Source: Eledone cirrhosa
Taxonomy: Eukaryota
DNA length: 64,000 nucleotides
Assembly: GCA_964016885.1 (NCBI GenBank)
Contig: OZ024742.1
Coordinates: 226,362,001-226,426,000 of the forward strand
Direction of reading: 5' to 3'
Program-made: the position numbers and the translations under genes
In this document: one piece after another, positions 25,132-37,595 of the stretch
Layout of the letters: each line of letters opens with the position of its first letter
How positions within the stretch are numbered: the stretch's first letter is position 1
The notes under the pieces: generated by a model
Told to the model about the DNA's origin: nothing
Databases searched by the model: none
Seen by the model: only the letters and a program-made list of their open reading frames with translations

Positions 25132-25290
25132 CTAAATTTTTCTTTCACCATGTTCTCTTCAACATGGAAATCCTGGCACTCCTTCACCAAGCTATTATCA
25201 TCGCTACACATCACATGTACAAACCAGCACAATTTTCTCTCCTGCACACTACACCTCATTCTTCTTATGCTGAATATTTCTTTCAGCTAA
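25132..25290 (-). mobile_element. RTE LINE ORF2 C-terminal fragment
   Basis: Reverse complement reads SIRRMRCSVQERKLCWFVHVM..DDNSLVKEC, homologous to SIRGIKCCVQERRLRWYGYVMRMKDDSCIKRC at ~29450-29550. Confidence 0.75.
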
Positions 25291-26769
25291 TCCATAACAA
25301 CAAATGTGTTATAAAAGTGCTTATTAATTGCACGTGTATTTGAGAATATCCCTGACTACCTAACAACCAATATGTTGCTAAAATGAACTGACAAGAACAG
25401 GTGTTTTCAGCACTAATTAGCCACAGTATCAATTAGCATAACCTAATTAACAACATATGAGATTTAAAATTGTAAACTGATATGTTGCAGGAAAAAGTGG
25501 GAAAAAGGATTTAATTAATTTGGGTTTTTTCCCAGGCTTATTTTGTAATTATCTGATGGCATGACATTATCTTGTGGTTATTGTAATTGTTGTAGTATGA
25601 GTGGTTGTTGCTGTGGTGATGGTGATGATGGTGTTAGTGGTGATGGTAGTAGTGTTTTTGGTTGTAGTTGTGTTTGTGGTTGTTGTGGTTGTAGTGGTGT
25701 TTGTGGTGTTTGTAGTGTTTGTGGTGATGATGATGGTAGTAGTGGTGGTTATAGTGGTGTTTGAGGTGGTGGTGATGGTAGTAGTGGTGGTTATAGTGGT
25801 GTTTGTGGTGGTGGTTGTGGCAGTGTTGTTTGTGGGGGAGGGGAGTGTTTGTGGTTGTAGTGGTGATGGTCGTGGTGGTGGTTGTAGTTAGGGTTGTTGT
25901 AGGGGTTATTGTAGAGGTAGTTGTGGTTTTGCTGGCCTTGTATGAGGTTTATGTCATTAGGGGTTTGCTGGCTGTTTTAAAATAATTATCGAAATTGTTT
26001 TAGAAAAAACACATGTATATTCACTCAGCCATTTTAGAGAAATATATATATATAATTCGTCGAAACTGAGGGACATAATTTAATGTCTGTGACCTGTTCA
26101 CATATAATTCTTTTTCCTCCTTCTTATCTTCTCTTCCTTCGAGTCGAGTCATCTAGCCGCTGATCTCTGTCCTTTGAGGTAATATTTTACCCAATACCGC
26201 TTCGACAGCATTTTGCTGTTCTAACAGCTTCCATACACCGAGTTTTCCCATTTCCCTGAGAATGTATATATATGTCAGATCGCTCTCCAGTGCTACTGGT
26301 AACATGTAACCCAGTACAACCTGTCTCACGGCTGGGTCGTTGGCGACTAAACCGGCAACCCCACCAAGCTTGCTTGGGGAGGAGAGTGATATTTGGACAC
26401 TCTGTGGGATGAAAGACAAGACCCGGCAAAGGGCAGAGGAAGTCAGCAGAGTCAACGGCCATCCAAATAGTAGCATTTTTTTTTTTTGTCACGAGACGTT
26501 AAACTCCGAGGCATAAAAAGCTGAAGGCTGTCATATTCTCCATGGCAAACATTTGCACCGAAGATATGTGTCGTCAGTTCCAAAAAGTGTGGTTGGTCCT
26601 ACACAAGCCTTCACCACTTAAAACAAAACTTTGTGTGGGTAGTTCAACATCAGTTCACTTTCTCACATTTAAATTTTGTTGGACACTCATACATCGGATA
26701 TCGACGGGAGAGTTTATCATATATATATAAGCCAGGCTGTAACATACATCTAGTGAAGCCACCAGGCCA

Positions 26770-27140
26770 AGCCCACACTGTAAAGTGGTCATGATGGCGA
26801 CACGACAAAAAACACCCAGCCCATACTGTAATGTGGTCATGTAGGTGTCACGACAAAAAACACCCAGCCCGTACTGTAAAGTGGTTGTATAGTTGTCACA
26901 ACAAAAAGCACCAAGCCTACACTGTAAACTGGTCATGTAGATGTCATGACAAAAAGCACCCAGCCCACACTGTAAATGTGGTTGGCATTAGGAAGAGCAT
27001 CCAGCCATAGAAACCAAACCAGAAACAGTTCTGTTTGAGCAAGACATGGTCACCGGACACAACTTGCCTCAAACGGGACAACCTGTCTAACCCTTGGTAG
27101 CGTGGAAAAATGGACGTTAATTGGTGATGATGATGATGAT
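26770..27140 (+). mobile_element. Orphan RTE 3'-UTR/tail with ~5 internal tandem units
   Basis: Same architecture as 1692-1992 and 29716-30020. Confidence 0.8.
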
Positions 27141-27200
27141 GGATGATATATATCATCATCATCATCTTCGTTTAACGTCCACTTTCCACGCTGGCATGGG

Positions 27201-27238
<38 letters not shown>

Positions 27239-27240
<2 letters not shown>

Positions 27241-29715
27241 CACAAACTTTAAAAAACCCGACAACCACCTGATCACCTATAGATCAGGGGAGCACTCTAG
27301 TCAGATAGATTTTATCCTCATCAGAGGACGTGACAGATGGACGGTTGTAAACACAAAAGCCTTCCCTGATGAGGAATGTACATCCCAATATAGCTTAGTT
27401 GTCAGCGACCTCACAGTCAGAACTAGACGAACCTGGAAACAGAGGCCAACCTGGAGAAGAAAGATCTGGAAGCTGAAAGACCCCTCAACCAGTAACAGAG
27501 TTAAAGATATTTTACTCAACGCCTATGACAGTAAAGAAGAACAGATAGAGACATTCAATGTAGAAGAGAACTGGGAGTTCCTAAAAAATAACTTACTAGA
27601 GGCGACGGATGAGGTCTGTGGCTGGAGTAAGACCTCAAGCAGGAGAGTGATTTGGTGGTGGAACAATAAGGTAGATGAGGCAGTTAAGGCCAAGAGACAG
27701 GCATGGAAAGAATGGAAGAACGGGGGGAGCAGGGTACATTACATAGAGACCAAGAGGGAAGCTAGGCGACAAGTATACTTAGCTAGGAGGGAAGCAGAGG
27801 ATAGAAAATTCAAGCATGTTTTGCAACGTGAGGACCAGAAACAGGAGGTGTTCAAGATTGCGAGGCAGTGTGTCAGAGAGAGTTGTGATGTCATTGGAGA
27901 GAAGTGTATCCGGAATATAAAGGTGACCTTGCCCTCACAAGTGCTGAGAAGAAAGATGTATGGTAGAGTCATTATGATAGATTACTAAATGAGGAGAATG
28001 CATGGAAAGAAGAGACCCTACCCCAAGTAAACCCTATAGAGGGGCCAGCAGTACAAGTCAGCAGCAACGTAGTAAGTAAGGCAATCAAAGATATGAAGAT
28101 GGGGAAGGCAACCGGTCTATCGGGTATAGCTGCCGAGATGCTGAAGGCATCTGGGTCTGTAAGTCACACTATAACCACATGTATTGTTAACCAGGTAATA
28201 CTAGAAGGTGTCATACCAAAAGATTGGTGCAGTAGCATCATTGTCAACTGCTACAAAGGTAAAGGTGATGCACTAGATAGAGGAAACTATAGAGGTATAA
28301 AGCTGATGGACCAGGTCATGAAAGTAATAGAAAGAGTTATAGCACAGTTGATTAGGGACCGGGTGAAAATAGACGAGATGCAATTTGGGTTTGTACCAGG
28401 AAGAGGCACCACTGATGCCCTCTTCCTTGTGAGGCAGTTACAGGAAAAGTACCTAGCTAAAAGTAAGTCACTCTACTTGGCATTTGTCGACCTTGAGAAA
28501 GCCTTTGACAGAGTTCCACGTGCTGTAATCTGGTGGGCTCTTAGAAAACTAGGAGTAGATGAATGGCTTGTGAAAGCGGTACAAGCCATGTATAGGGGAG
28601 CAGTCAGCAAAGTTAGGATTAGCAATGAGTATAGCGAGGAATTTAGCGTACAGGTTGGGGTCCACCAGGGCTCTGTTCTTAGCCCTCTCCTGTTCATGAT
28701 AGTCCTGCAGGCAATAACGGAGGAGTTTAAGACCGGATGCCTATGGGAACTCCTGTATGCTGATGACCTTGCACTTATAGCTGAATCTATGGTAGAACTA
28801 GAGAATAAATTCCAAACTTGAAAGCAGGAACTAGAAAGAAAGGCTCTCAAAGTCAACATGACAAAGACTAAGGTCCTTGTAAGTAGACGAGAAAACAGAA
28901 CCCAGATCCCCTCAGGGAAATGACCTTGCTCAGTATGTAGGAAAGGTGTAGGTAGGAACTCCATTCTCTGCCCCAAATGCAAACAATGGGTACACAAGAG
29001 ATGTAGCGGGATCTCAGGAAGCTTAATTAAGAATGTAGGCTTCACATGCAGCAGCTGTGCTGGGATAGCAAGCAGCAAACAGCCACAGGAAACAAGTACC
29101 ACCAATCTCTGGGAGGGCTCTGTAGAAACAGTAGACAGCTTCTGCTACCTAGGTGACCGAATTAGCAGCGGAGGTGGGTGTTCAGAAAGTACAATAACTA
29201 GGGTAAGAACGGGATGGAAGAAGTTTAGGGAACTACTACCACTGCTAGCTGCAAAAGGCTTCTCCATCAGAATGAAAGGCAGACTGTATGATGCGTGTAT
29301 CCGAACAGCGATGTTGCATGGTAGTGAGACCTGGGCGCTGAAGGTGGAAGACTTACGTAGATTAGAGAGAAACGAAGCCTGCACGCTCCGATGGATGTGT
29401 AACAGTAATATACATGAACGACAAAGCATAAATGAATTGAGAGAGAGACTGAGCATAAGAGGAATCAAATGCTGTGTGCAGGAGAGGCGGTTGCGCTGGT
29501 ATGGATATGTGATGCGTATGAAGGATGACAGCTGCATAAAAAGGTGCAGAGCACTAGAAGTCAATGGAAACCGCGGAGTGGGGAGACCCAAGATGACCTG
29601 GGATGAGGTGATAAAAGCCGACCTTACCCAATTACACCTCTCAAAGGCACACGACCGTGACCTCTGGCGTCACGCAGTAATACAGAGTACCCGACCTCCC
29701 ATGGGTACAAGCTGA
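27239..29715 (+). pseudogene. RTE ORF2 pseudogene (1 frameshift near 27915; TGA stops at 28819 and 28921)
   Basis: ORFs 28093-28821 and 29272-29715 share a frame; only two TGA codons interrupt it. Confidence 0.9.
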
Positions 29716-30020
29716 AGCATATAGACAATATGCCCCCACACCCCCCACCGCAAGGTGGTCATGGAGGTGCCAGGGCAAAAAAGCACCCAGCCCACACTGT
29801 AAAGTGGACGTGTAGGCGCCACGAAAAAGCACCCAGCACTCACTGTAAATGAGGTTGGTGTTAAGAAGGGCATCCAGCTGTAGAAATCAAGCCAAATCAG
29901 TTCCTGTATGAGCAAGGCATGGTCAGCCGACCAGACACTGCCCACAACAGGACAACCCGTCTAACCCATGCTAGCATGGAAGAACGGACGTAAAACGGTG
30001 ATGATGATGATGATGATGAT
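27239..30020 (+). mobile_element. Young 5'-truncated RTE-clade LINE (APE C-terminus, RT, PHD-like finger, C-terminal domain, 3'UTR, (GAT)n tail)
   Basis: NTNFKKPDNHLITYRSG...SQIDFIL (APE end); NYRGIKL, QFGF, FVDLEKAFD, GVHQGSVLSPLLF, LLYADD (RT); FCYLG; RRLRWYGYV; GRPKMTW. Confidence 0.95.
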
Positions 30021-30459
30021 ATATATATATATATATATATATAAAAGTTATATCTGTATAAATACAGTGTGTGTAACCGTGATTGCACACATAATTTGCA
30101 TATAATTAGAGCTTGCTTTAGTAATTAATTAAGATATATAGTAAGAGGTTTGCTATCAGCTGAAGTGTATCAAGATGTCCATTTCAGAATAATCTTAAGA
30201 GCAAATGGGTATATATACTCATCAAATACATGTTTCCTTGTGGCTGATTGGATGATACACATGTCTTCTGATGAGGGTCCAATTAGATATAAAAATATTA
30301 AAGATATTGTTATGCTTTGGGAGGGTCATGTTGCCAGTAAGAAACACACGCACCAGTTGCTTTCATTCCAATTTATTATAAATTAAATTTATAAATTTAA
30401 GAATTTATAAATTTCCGGTTGGTTGGTTGGTTCCACAACCGGACGATTGTTCATATATT

Positions 30460-30502
30460 GTCAAAGTTCTTTCGTCACACATTCTGTGACCTCTTCAGTG
30501 AC
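30460..30502 (-). ncRNA. Minimal type-I hammerhead motif (left arm)
   Basis: Minus strand reads gtca-CTGAAGA-g-gtcaca-gaatg-tgtgac-GAAA-gaac-TT-tgac. Confidence 0.7.
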
Positions 30503-30947
30503 TGGGGATTCCTTTCTTTGTTTTTGTGCCTCTCCTTTGTTCTATCCTACGCCATCTTGTTTTTGTGTGTGTTGTGTGCTTAGTTTGTGCATGTGTTACA
30601 TCCGGGTGTCTGTGTGTGTTTATATTTGTTTATTTATTTGTTTATTTACATGTTACTGGTTGGTTGTTTGTTCTATGTGTGTGTGTGTTTTCATTTTGTC
30701 CTTAATTGTAAGTTGTGATGTTGCTATTCCATGAATGGAATAGCAACATCACAACTTACAATTAAGGACAAAATGAAAACACACACACACATAGAACAAA
30801 CAACCAACCAATAACATGTAAATAAACAAATAAATAAACAAATATAAACACACACAGACACCCGGATGTAACACATGCGCAAACTAAGCACACAACACAC
30901 ACAAAAACAAGATGGCGTAGACACAAAAACAAAGAAAAGAATCCCCA

Positions 30948-30990
30948 GTCACTGAAGAGGTCACATAATGTGTGACGAAAGAACTTTGAC
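30948..30990 (+). ncRNA. Minimal type-I hammerhead motif (right arm)
   Basis: gtca-CTGAAGA-g-gtcaca-taatg-tgtgac-GAAA-gaac-TT-tgac. Stem I gtca/tgac, 6-bp stem II, CUU triplet; AATAAA about 80 nt downstream. Confidence 0.7.
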
Positions 30991-31391
30991 AATATATGAA
31001 CAACCATCTGGTTGTGGAACCAACCAACCAACCGGAAATTTATAAATTCTTAAATTTATAAATTTAATTTATAATAAATTGGAATGAAAGCAACTGGTGC
31101 GTGTGTTTTTTACTGGCAACATGACCCTCCCAAAGCATAACAATATCGGTTTCAACACACGTTTTCAGATAAAGAATCTTCCTAAACAAATTCAGAAACG
31201 AAATATTAAAGATGTTTATCATTTTTTCAATTTACAAGAAAATTTGTATTTTCTGGCATGTTTGCACACATACATATTAGATATACACATTGGTGAAGTC
31301 CTGGTTACACACTCTGTATTTAGACAGATATAACTTTGTCATACACGTCAGCTACTAGCACACTTTTTACTATATATATGTATATATATAT

Positions 31392-31572
31392 ACTCAATAT
31401 AGTCTCAGGAAGATCCAGCATAACACAGTGTGTAATAAGGTTAGCCTTTGAATTACAGGTGATAAGGTTAGCCCTTTGAATTACATTTTTGCTAGCTGAG
31501 TTGACAGGAGCAATGTCAGATAAAGTGTCTTGCTCAAGGACACAATGTACTGTTGGGAACTGAACTCATGAT
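31392..31572 (-). mobile_element. CORE-like SINE family B (degenerate)
   Basis: taaagtgtcttgctcaaggacacaa...gggaactgaactcatga. Confidence 0.7.
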
Positions 31573-32282
31573 TTTCAAACATTAATAAGATGGATTGGCA
31601 GTATCTTTAGAGGGTCGGACAGCATGTTTTGAAGCGTGCAGTTATGTCCCTTTATATTCTGAGTTCAAATCGTAGGGTCGATAAAATATAGTATCAGTAA
31701 TGCATTGTGGTTGATTTATGAAACAAGAATTTTTTTCAGCACGCTGACGCGTATGTGTATATGTCTGTGCGTGTGTGTATGTGCATATACATACATTTAT
31801 ATGTATAAGTATATAAATATAAACGCATAAACACAGATACACGTACAAAAATATACAATCACAGACATACATTCACACACACATACACACATACATTTAC
31901 ACAAACACACACATACACATACACTCACACACACAGCATAGAAAATGAACCGCCAGCTGCTGTTTTGCTATAGTTTTTTACCATCCCTTTTCTTCCTTTT
32001 ACACACATATATTGAAACAAAGACATACACATACATATTGCGTGACGGACGGACGGAAGTTGCTCAAATTTATATATAGATTGTTGACCTTGTACCTAAA
32101 TCAGAAACCATTATTCAGTCAAGGAGGGAAATTACAGTGCCTATGGCCCTTTTCTGGGCCTCTGAGATTGGTGCGAAGAACGGAGGACGATATCTCAAAA
32201 CAAGACAGCTGTTTCAAATGCTTCAAACAAAGTGTACTCTGCTAAAAGCACACCAGATTCAGATGGCAGTATTAAATTGACA

Positions 32283-32470
32283 ATAATAATTGTTTCTACT
32301 TTAGGCACAAGGCCAGCAATTACCCAGTGCATTACTGGTACCTTATTTTATCGACCCCGTAAGGATGAAAGGCAAAGTCAACCTCGGCGGGATTTGAACT
32401 CAGATCGTAAAGGGACGTAACTATGCTGGAAAGCATGACGTCCGACCCTCTACCGATACTGCCAATCCAC
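32283..32470 (-). mobile_element. tRNA-derived SINE family A
   Basis: Near-identical reverse complement of 35612-35790. Confidence 0.85.
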
Positions 32471-33358
32471 AATAATGGGTATACCCAAGACTTTTGAGTG
32501 AAAGTAGGTAAACAGAAGCTGTAGAAGCCAATCAAATGAATTGCGCCTGTAATTCAAAGGTCCATGTGAATTGCATTAAGGTTACACATGTTTGAGGAAT
32601 GCTCAGACACTTACACATGAAGCTCAAGAGCTGGATGTTCTGCTGTTTATACAACTGAAACATTTGTCATCAAAACTGATGGCGGTCCAACACACACACA
32701 CACCCACACACATGTCTGAGTAAAGGTGTGTATGTTAGTGTGTGCGTGTGTGTGTGTGTACAGGTGGGTATATATATGTGCCTGCATACATCAGTGTATA
32801 TCTGTGTGTATGAGTATAGGTGGGTATATTACTGAGTGTGTGCACAGGTGTGTATATATATGTGTGGCTGCATTCATCAGTGCATATGTGTGTGTGTGAG
32901 TGTCTTTGTACAGGTGTATATGTTTGTGTGTGTATGTGTGTGTATATGCATACGGGTGTATAGGTTAGTATATATGTGTGCCAGCAATCATCAGTGTGAG
33001 TGTGTGTGAATACAGATGTGTATGTTGATGTGTGTGAGTGCCTGCATACATCTGTGTGTATCAGTATGTGTATGCAGATGTTATGTTAGTGTGTGTGTGT
33101 ATGTATATATGAGTATGTGCATCCAGGTGTTTTATATTAGAGTGTGTGTATGTATGTTTGCGTACATCTATGCAGGCGTATGTGTATAGATGTGTTTATA
33201 TTGGTGTGTGTATGTGTAAACGTATCTATCTGGTGTGTGTGTCACTGAACATCTATGTGGGTGTGTGGAGAGGTTATGTTTAGACAAAGATGAAAGCTAC
33301 TACAGCGGTGTGTAACACAGGTAATGTGTGGCACTAAAGATATAGGTAGGTTGCGTAA

Positions 33359-33973
<615 letters not shown>

Positions 33974-34231
33974 GGTGGTAATGGCAATACTAATGGATTT
34001 GCTGATGGTGGTGATAATTGCAGTGATGATGATTATGATGGTGATGGTGATAATAGTGGTGGTGGTGGTAATGCAGATGATGGCGATGATGGTGATGGCC
34101 GCCATTGTGGCAGTGGTGTCGGTGCCACATTGAAGACACAGAACTAGGATTCCTAGGAAGAATCAATAAAATATTTGCAGTTCTTTATTGATGGAAATCA
34201 GCAGTAGGGCAATTTGAAACTGGAGATTCAT

Positions 34232-34900
<669 letters not shown>

Positions 34901-35225
34901 TGGAAAATAAATGTTAAATGTATGTGGTGATAATGATGATGATGACACAAATACACACACATTTGTATATACACAGCTGTGTGTATGCATATAGTTTTTT
35001 TAAAAAACTATTGGTAAGTATAAATATACATGCATTTGAGTGAATGAGTGTATGTACATATGTATATAAATATATATATATATGTTATGTATGTATAATA
35101 TGATATATATAATCATCATCACTGCCATATACATATATACATGTATATATATATACACACACACATATATATATATATATTTATTCTTAGGTCTATATAT
35201 CATTTAGCATATTCAGATGAGCATG

Positions 35226-35262
<37 letters not shown>

Positions 35263-35396
35263 ACACATTTGCTCATGTATCAATAGATCTATACATACAT
35301 ACATACACAATTATCAATAAAGTGTACTAAGTTCGCAGATACATCTGACTGTGACTGTTACTTTGGTTACACAGTGATTCATAGACTTACAAAAAC

Positions 35397-35441
<45 letters not shown>

Positions 35442-35611
35442 GTATGATTAATTTTAGAAATAACATGAGCCAAGGGAAATAACTCAAACAGGCCAGTGGC
35501 ATGAATTTGAATGATTAATCCTTTTGACACCAAACTGCCTGAAACTGCTCCTGATTCTTTGATACAAAGTTGTTTATTTTAAGGTGTTTTATATTTATCT
35601 AAAAACCTTCC

Positions 35612-35790
35612 TGGCAGTATCGGTAGAGGGTCGGACGCCATGCTTTCCAGCATAGTTACGTCCCTTTACGATCTGAGTTCAAATCCCGCCGAGGTTGACT
35701 TTGCCTTTCATCCTTACGGGGCCGATGAAATAAAGTACCAGTAATGCACTGGGTAATTGCTGGCCTTGTGCCTAAAGTAGAAACAATTAT
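35612..35790 (+). mobile_element. tRNA-derived SINE family A inserted in MITE P2
   Basis: tggcagtatcggtagagggtcggacg...gagttcaaatcccgccgagg...gtagaaacaattat. Confidence 0.85.
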
Positions 35791-36029
35791 AACTCTATGT
35801 AAGGACCTTTGTTAAGTTATGCTCCAGACTCAAACTTAAAAATGAGAAAGTTAGTTTATATTACTAAATCCCACAAAATTCTTGATTATTTTCAAAATTA
35901 TTTGAAAATCATGAGCTAGAAATATGGTAATTGATAGGATTGAATAACAACAGAAAGAAAACTTGTTTCTCACTTTAACATGTCAAGTTGTGTTTGTAGA
36001 CAGTGTATAGACAGACTCCACAACACTAA

Positions 36030-36335
36030 AGGGTAAAGACCCCTTCAGGCATGAATGACCATGGAATTTGCACTTAGAAAGTTCCCCTCAGATACACAAG
36101 TCCGGGCAAGGTTGTTTCCAGAAAACCAGCAGTCGGCCACGCATACCAGTCTCCCCTTTCCACACCACCGGTGTTGTTCAAGAGAAAGGCAAAGGCATCA
36201 GTGACGTTGCAACTCATTTCTACAGCTGAGTGAACTGGAGCAACATGAAATAAAGTGTCTTGCTCAAGAACACAACTCAAAACCCGGTCCGAGAATCAAA
36301 CTCACAACCTTATGCCTTCAACCATGTGCCTTCAC
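36030..36335 (-). mobile_element. CORE-like SINE family B with long tail
   Basis: Reverse complement has a tRNA head and tgtgttcttgagcaagacactttatttcatgttgctccagttcactcagctgtagaaatgag. Confidence 0.75.
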
Positions 36336-37019
36336 TGAGATTATACAATTAAAGGAAGAAACACTTTCCTAGATCTTCTGTCATTTAAAACCATTTTTCC
36401 TGCCATTTCATTGACTCTTCAACATCATCATCATTGTTTCTCGCATTTGTTTTTCTATGCTGGTTTGGGTTGGATGAAACTTTTTGAGGTAGTATTCTTT
36501 GTCTTGATGCCCTTCATGGTGTCAGCTCTTACTTGTTTTTAACTAAGATGGGTGGTTGGCAACAGGAAGGACACTCTGCTGTAAAAACCATGCCTAAAAG
36601 GGTTGAGAGGACCCTTTAATTGTGTCAAGGATATGACAGCCTCCCTAGTGCTGGTGATCTACACAATAAAAGCACACAATATATACTGTATAGTGGTTGG
36701 TAACAGGAAGGGAATCCAGCCATAGAAAGCTTGCCAAACAAGGGGTTAAGAGGACCCTTCTGTTTGTGTCAAAAGACACATTAACTTTACTTCTGCACTC
36801 GATATGACCATACAGTCTTGGAGGTGAGTAGTCCTACTTCAGTACTGACTTAGTCAAAGTAGACCCATCCAACCCATGCTAGTAAGAAAAGTGGACATTA
36901 AATGATGATAATGATGATGATGATGCTATATCTTCAATAACACTGTCTTACTTGAACTCTACTATGCAAGTAAGACATGAGCTACTGTGAAGAAGGGAAA
37001 ACAGTGGTTGGTTAGGTCA

Positions 37020-37595
37020 CTAGGGCCATGGAAAGAACCATACTGGGAATATCATTGCAGGAGCATATCCAATATGAGGTAATTTGAGAATAGAACAGAG
37101 AGTAATGTATGTGATCACAGAATCCCAAAAGCATCATGTCTGCTGGACCAGACATGTCAGAAGGTTCACAAACAACAAATGGATCTGTGTAGTTGTCTAG
37201 CAGTATCCAAAAGATTAGGATAGACCATCTGAATGACTTCTGCTGGGCCAGACATTTCACAAGATTCGCAAACAACAGGTGCACCCATGGAGCTGTCGGG
37301 TGGTATCCAAGATTACAGAAGAGACTACTTACTTGGCCAGGCATGCTATAAGGTTTATATACTAGTGGATTCGTGCTGTTGTTGAGCGGCATCCAAGAGA
37401 TTGGAAGATAACACTGGGCTGGACATCCTACAAGATTCACAGACAAGTGGATCCATGCCATTATTGAATGGTATTTAAGAGATTGCAAGAGACCACTTGG
37501 AAGACATCCTAGATGATGAGATAGAGCACATAGGTAAATTATTCAGATCTAAATGGAAGAGAAGGACACAAACAAGGGAGGTGTGGAAGTGCAGT
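37020..37595 (+). mobile_element. Old RTE LINE 3' fragment with four diverged tandem WAGH..RF...W segments
   Basis: tgctggaccagacatg (37141), tgctgggccagacatt (37241), acttggccaggcatg (37331), cactgggctggacatc (37411); then agaccacttggaagac (RPLGR). Confidence 0.6.

Larger units (their letters stand above)
30303..31147. repeat. 845-bp near-perfect palindrome (arms 30303-30732 / 30735-31147, 2-nt spacer), PLE-like
   Basis: Centre gttgctattccat-ga-atggaatagcaac. The arms differ by about 8 substitutions and one 17-bp indel. Confidence 0.95.

Noticed and set aside
26153-26476. 107-aa ORF
   Set aside because: No recognisable domain or splice support; the region looks like a retroelement UTR.
32040-32082. 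Helitron-like terminus (acggacggacgg...tttatatatagat)
   Set aside because: No matching CTRR/hairpin end could be found.
32200-32225. Minus-strand GAAAC-AGCT-GTC hammerhead half
   Set aside because: No CTGANGA box or stem II upstream.
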